Of a stretch of DNA of 64,000 bases, positions 61,123-64,000 are shown one piece after another (positions within the stretch are counted from its first letter, which is position 1; every line of letters starts with the position of its first letter). Source of the DNA: Eledone cirrhosa (lineage: Eukaryota); NCBI GenBank assembly GCA_964016885.1, contig OZ024744.1, forward strand, positions 124,558,001-124,622,000, in the 5' to 3' direction. The translations under genes and the position numbers were made by a program. The notes beneath the pieces were generated by a model. The model was not told where the DNA came from. It saw only the letters and a list, made by a program, of their open reading frames with translations, and made no database searches.

Positions 61123-61781
61123 AACCCCAACTTAACCTAACCCCAACTTAACTTAACCCCAACTTAACTTAACCCCAACTTAATTTAACCCCAGCTTAAC
61201 TTAACCCCAACTTAATTTAACACAAACTTAACTTAACCCCAACTTAACTTAAACCCAACTTAACTTAACCCCAACTTAGCTCATCCCCAACTTAACTTAT
61301 CCCCAACTTAACCTAACCCCAAATTAACTTAACTCCAACTTAACTTAACCCCAACTTAACTTAACCCCAACTTAACTGAACCCCAACTTAACTTAACCCT
61401 AACTTAAATTAACCCCAACTTAACTTAAACTCAACTTAACTAACCCCAACTTAACTTAACCCCAACTTAACTTAACACCAACTTAACTTAACCCCAACTT
61501 AACTTAACCCCAACTCGACTTAACCCCAACTTAACTTAACCCCAACTTAACATAACCCCAACTTAAATTAACCCTAACTTAAATTAACCCCAACTTAACT
61601 TAACCCCAACTTCACTCAACCCCAACTTAACTTACACCCAAATTAACTTAACCCCAACTTAACCCCAACTTAACTTAACCCCAACTTAACTTACCCCCAA
61701 CTTAACTTACCCCCAACTTAACTTAACCCCAACTTAAGTTAAGCCTAACTTAACTTAACCCCAACTTAACTTAACTCCGAA

Positions 61782-62120
61782 TTGGGGTTAAGTTAAGTTG
61801 GGGTTAAGTTAAGTTGGGGTTAAGTCAAGCTGGGGTTAAGTTAAGTTGGGGGTAAGTTAAGTTGGGTGTGAGTTAAGTTGGGGTTAAGTCAAGTTGGGGT
61901 TAAGTTAAGTTGGGGTTAAGTTAAGTTGGGGTTAAGTTAAGTTGGGGTTAAGTAAAGTCGGGGTTAAGTTAAGTCGGGGTTAAGTTCGGGTTAAGTTAAG
62001 TTGGGGTTATTTTAAGTTGGGGTTGAGTTAAGTTGGGGTTGAGTGAAGTTGGAGTTAAGTTAAGTTGTGGTTGAGTGAAGTTGGGGTTAAGTTAAGTTGG
62101 CGTTAAGTTAAGTTGGGGTT
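61782..62120 (+). repeat. Inverted module 7 (339 bp)
   Basis: Entry AACTCCGAA|TTGGGG; exit centre 62120/62121. Confidence 0.95.
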
Positions 62121-63932
62121 AACCCCAACTTAACCTAACCCCAACTTAACTTAACCCAAACTTAATTTAACCCCAGCTTAACTTATCCCCAACTTAATTT
62201 ATCCCCAACTTAACTTATCCCCAACTTAACTTAACCCCAACTTAAATTAACCCCAACTTAACTTAACCCCAACTTAACTTAACCCCAACTTGACTTAACC
62301 CCAACTTAACTGAACCCCAACTTAACTTAACCCCAACTTAAATTAACCCCAACTTAACTTAAACTAAACTTAACTAACCCCAACTTAACTTAACCTCAAC
62401 TTAACTTAACCCCAACTTAACTTAAACCCAACTTAACTTAACCCCAATTTAACTTATCCCCAACTTAACTTATCCCCAACTTAACCTAACCCAAACTTAA
62501 CTTCACCCCAACTTAACTTAACCCCAACTTAATTTAACCCCAACTTAACTTAACCCTAACTTAACTTAACACCGACTTAACTTAACCCCGACTTAACTTA
62601 AGCCCAACTTAACTTAACCCCAACTTAACTTAACCCCAACTTTACTTAACCCCAACTTAATTTAACCCCAACTTAACCCAAACTTAACTTAACCCCAACT
62701 TAACTAAACCCCAACTTAACTTAACCCCAACTTAACTTAACCCCAACTTAATTTAACCCCAACTTAACTTAAACCCAACTTAACTTAACCCCAACTTAAC
62801 TTATCCCCAACTTAACTTATTCCCAACTTAACCTAACCCAAACTTAACTTAACCCCAACTTAACTTAACCCCAACTTAATTTAACCCCAACTTAACTTAA
62901 CCTCAACTTAACTGAGACCCAACTTAACTTACCCCCAACTTAACTTAACCCCAACTTAACTTAACCCCAACTTAACTTAGACCCAACTTAACTTAGCCCC
63001 AACTTAACTTAAACCCAAATTAACTTAGCCCTAACTTAACTTAGCCCCAACTTAACTTAAACCCAACTTAACTTAACCCCAACTTAACTTAACCCCAACT
63101 TAACTTATCCCCAACTTAACTCAAACCCAAGTTAACTTAACCTCAATTTAACTTAACCGCAACTTAGCTTAACCCCAACTTAACTTAACCCCAACCTAAA
63201 TTAACCCCAACTTAACTTAACCCCAACTTAAGTTAACCCCAACTTAACTTAACCCCAACTTAACTCAGCCCCAACTTAACTTAGCCCCAACTTGAATTAA
63301 CCCCAACTTAACTCAACCCCAACTTAACTTAAACCCAACTTAAATTAACCCCAACTTAACTTAACCCCAACTTAACTTATCCCCAACTTAACTCAAACCC
63401 AAGTTAACTTAACCTCAATTTAACTTAACCCCAACTTATCTTAACCCCAACTTAACTTAACCCCAACCTAAATTAACCCCAACTTAACTTAACCCCAACT
63501 TAAGTTAACCCCAACTTAACATAACCCCAACTTAAATTAACCCTAACTTAACTTAACCCCAACTTAACTTAACCCCAACTTCACTCAACCCCAACTTAAC
63601 TTACACCCAACTTAAATTAACCCTAACTTAACTTAACCCCAACTTAACTTAACCCCAACTTCACTCAACCCCAACTTAACTTACACCCAACTTAACTTAA
63701 CCCCAACTTAATTTAACCCCAACTTAACTTAACCCCAACTTAACATAACCACCACTTAACTTAACCCCAACTTAACTCAACCCCAACTTAAATTAACCCT
63801 AACTTAACTTAACCCCAACTTAACTTAACCCCAACTTAATTTACCCCCAACTTAACTTACCCCCAACTTAACTTAACCCCAACTTAAGTTAAGCCTAACT
63901 TAACTTAACCCCAACTTAACTTAACTCCGACT

Positions 63933-64000
63933 TTGGGGTTAAGTTAAGTGGGGGTTAAGTTAAGTTGGGGTTAAGTCAAGTTGGGGTTAAGTTAAGTTGG
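63933..64000 (+). repeat. Inverted module 8 (cut by the window end)
   Basis: Entry AACTCCGACT|TTGGGG at 63932/63933. Confidence 0.9.

Larger units (their letters stand above)
41476..64000 (-). repeat. 16-bp telomere-like satellite array (AACTTAACTTAACCCC on +; TTGGGGTTAAGTTAAG on -)
   Basis: Clear 16-bp period (5+5+6) with point variants and occasional 11-bp monomers from pentamer loss. Predominantly C-rich on +. The array runs off the right edge of the window. Confidence 0.97.

Noticed and set aside
41476-64000. Ciliate (TTGGGG)n telomeres or piggyBac TTAA target arrays
   Set aside because: TTGGGG does not form long pure runs, and TTAA is simply part of the monomer. No transposon ends are present.

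Overview
This window is entirely non-coding, eukaryotic-type satellite DNA made of two telomere-like tandem arrays. (A) Bases 1-~41475 are a diverged 32-bp satellite, G-rich on + (consensus TTGGGG TTGGGG TTTAAG TCTAAG TCTAAG GC). It is organised into ~1.15-kb and ~7.3-7.6-kb higher-order repeats. It carries six short (TTAGGG)n tracts and four nearly identical 221-bp foreign inserts, each a 69-bp apparent hAT transposase fragment on the minus strand fused to ~3.8 copies of a 40-bp minisatellite. (B) Bases ~41476-64000 are a 16-bp satellite (AACTT AACTT AACCCC), mostly C-rich on +. It is interrupted eight times by inverted G-strand modules (200-344 bp where complete) with fixed junctions: ...AACTCCGACT|TTGGGG... 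on entry and a spacerless palindrome GGGGTT|AACCCC on exit. In the module I checked base by base, diagnostic variants lie at mirror positions across the entry junction, pointing to a fold-back origin followed by amplification. No credible protein-coding or RNA genes were found; the listed ORFs are read-throughs of the insert. All alignments were made by eye.
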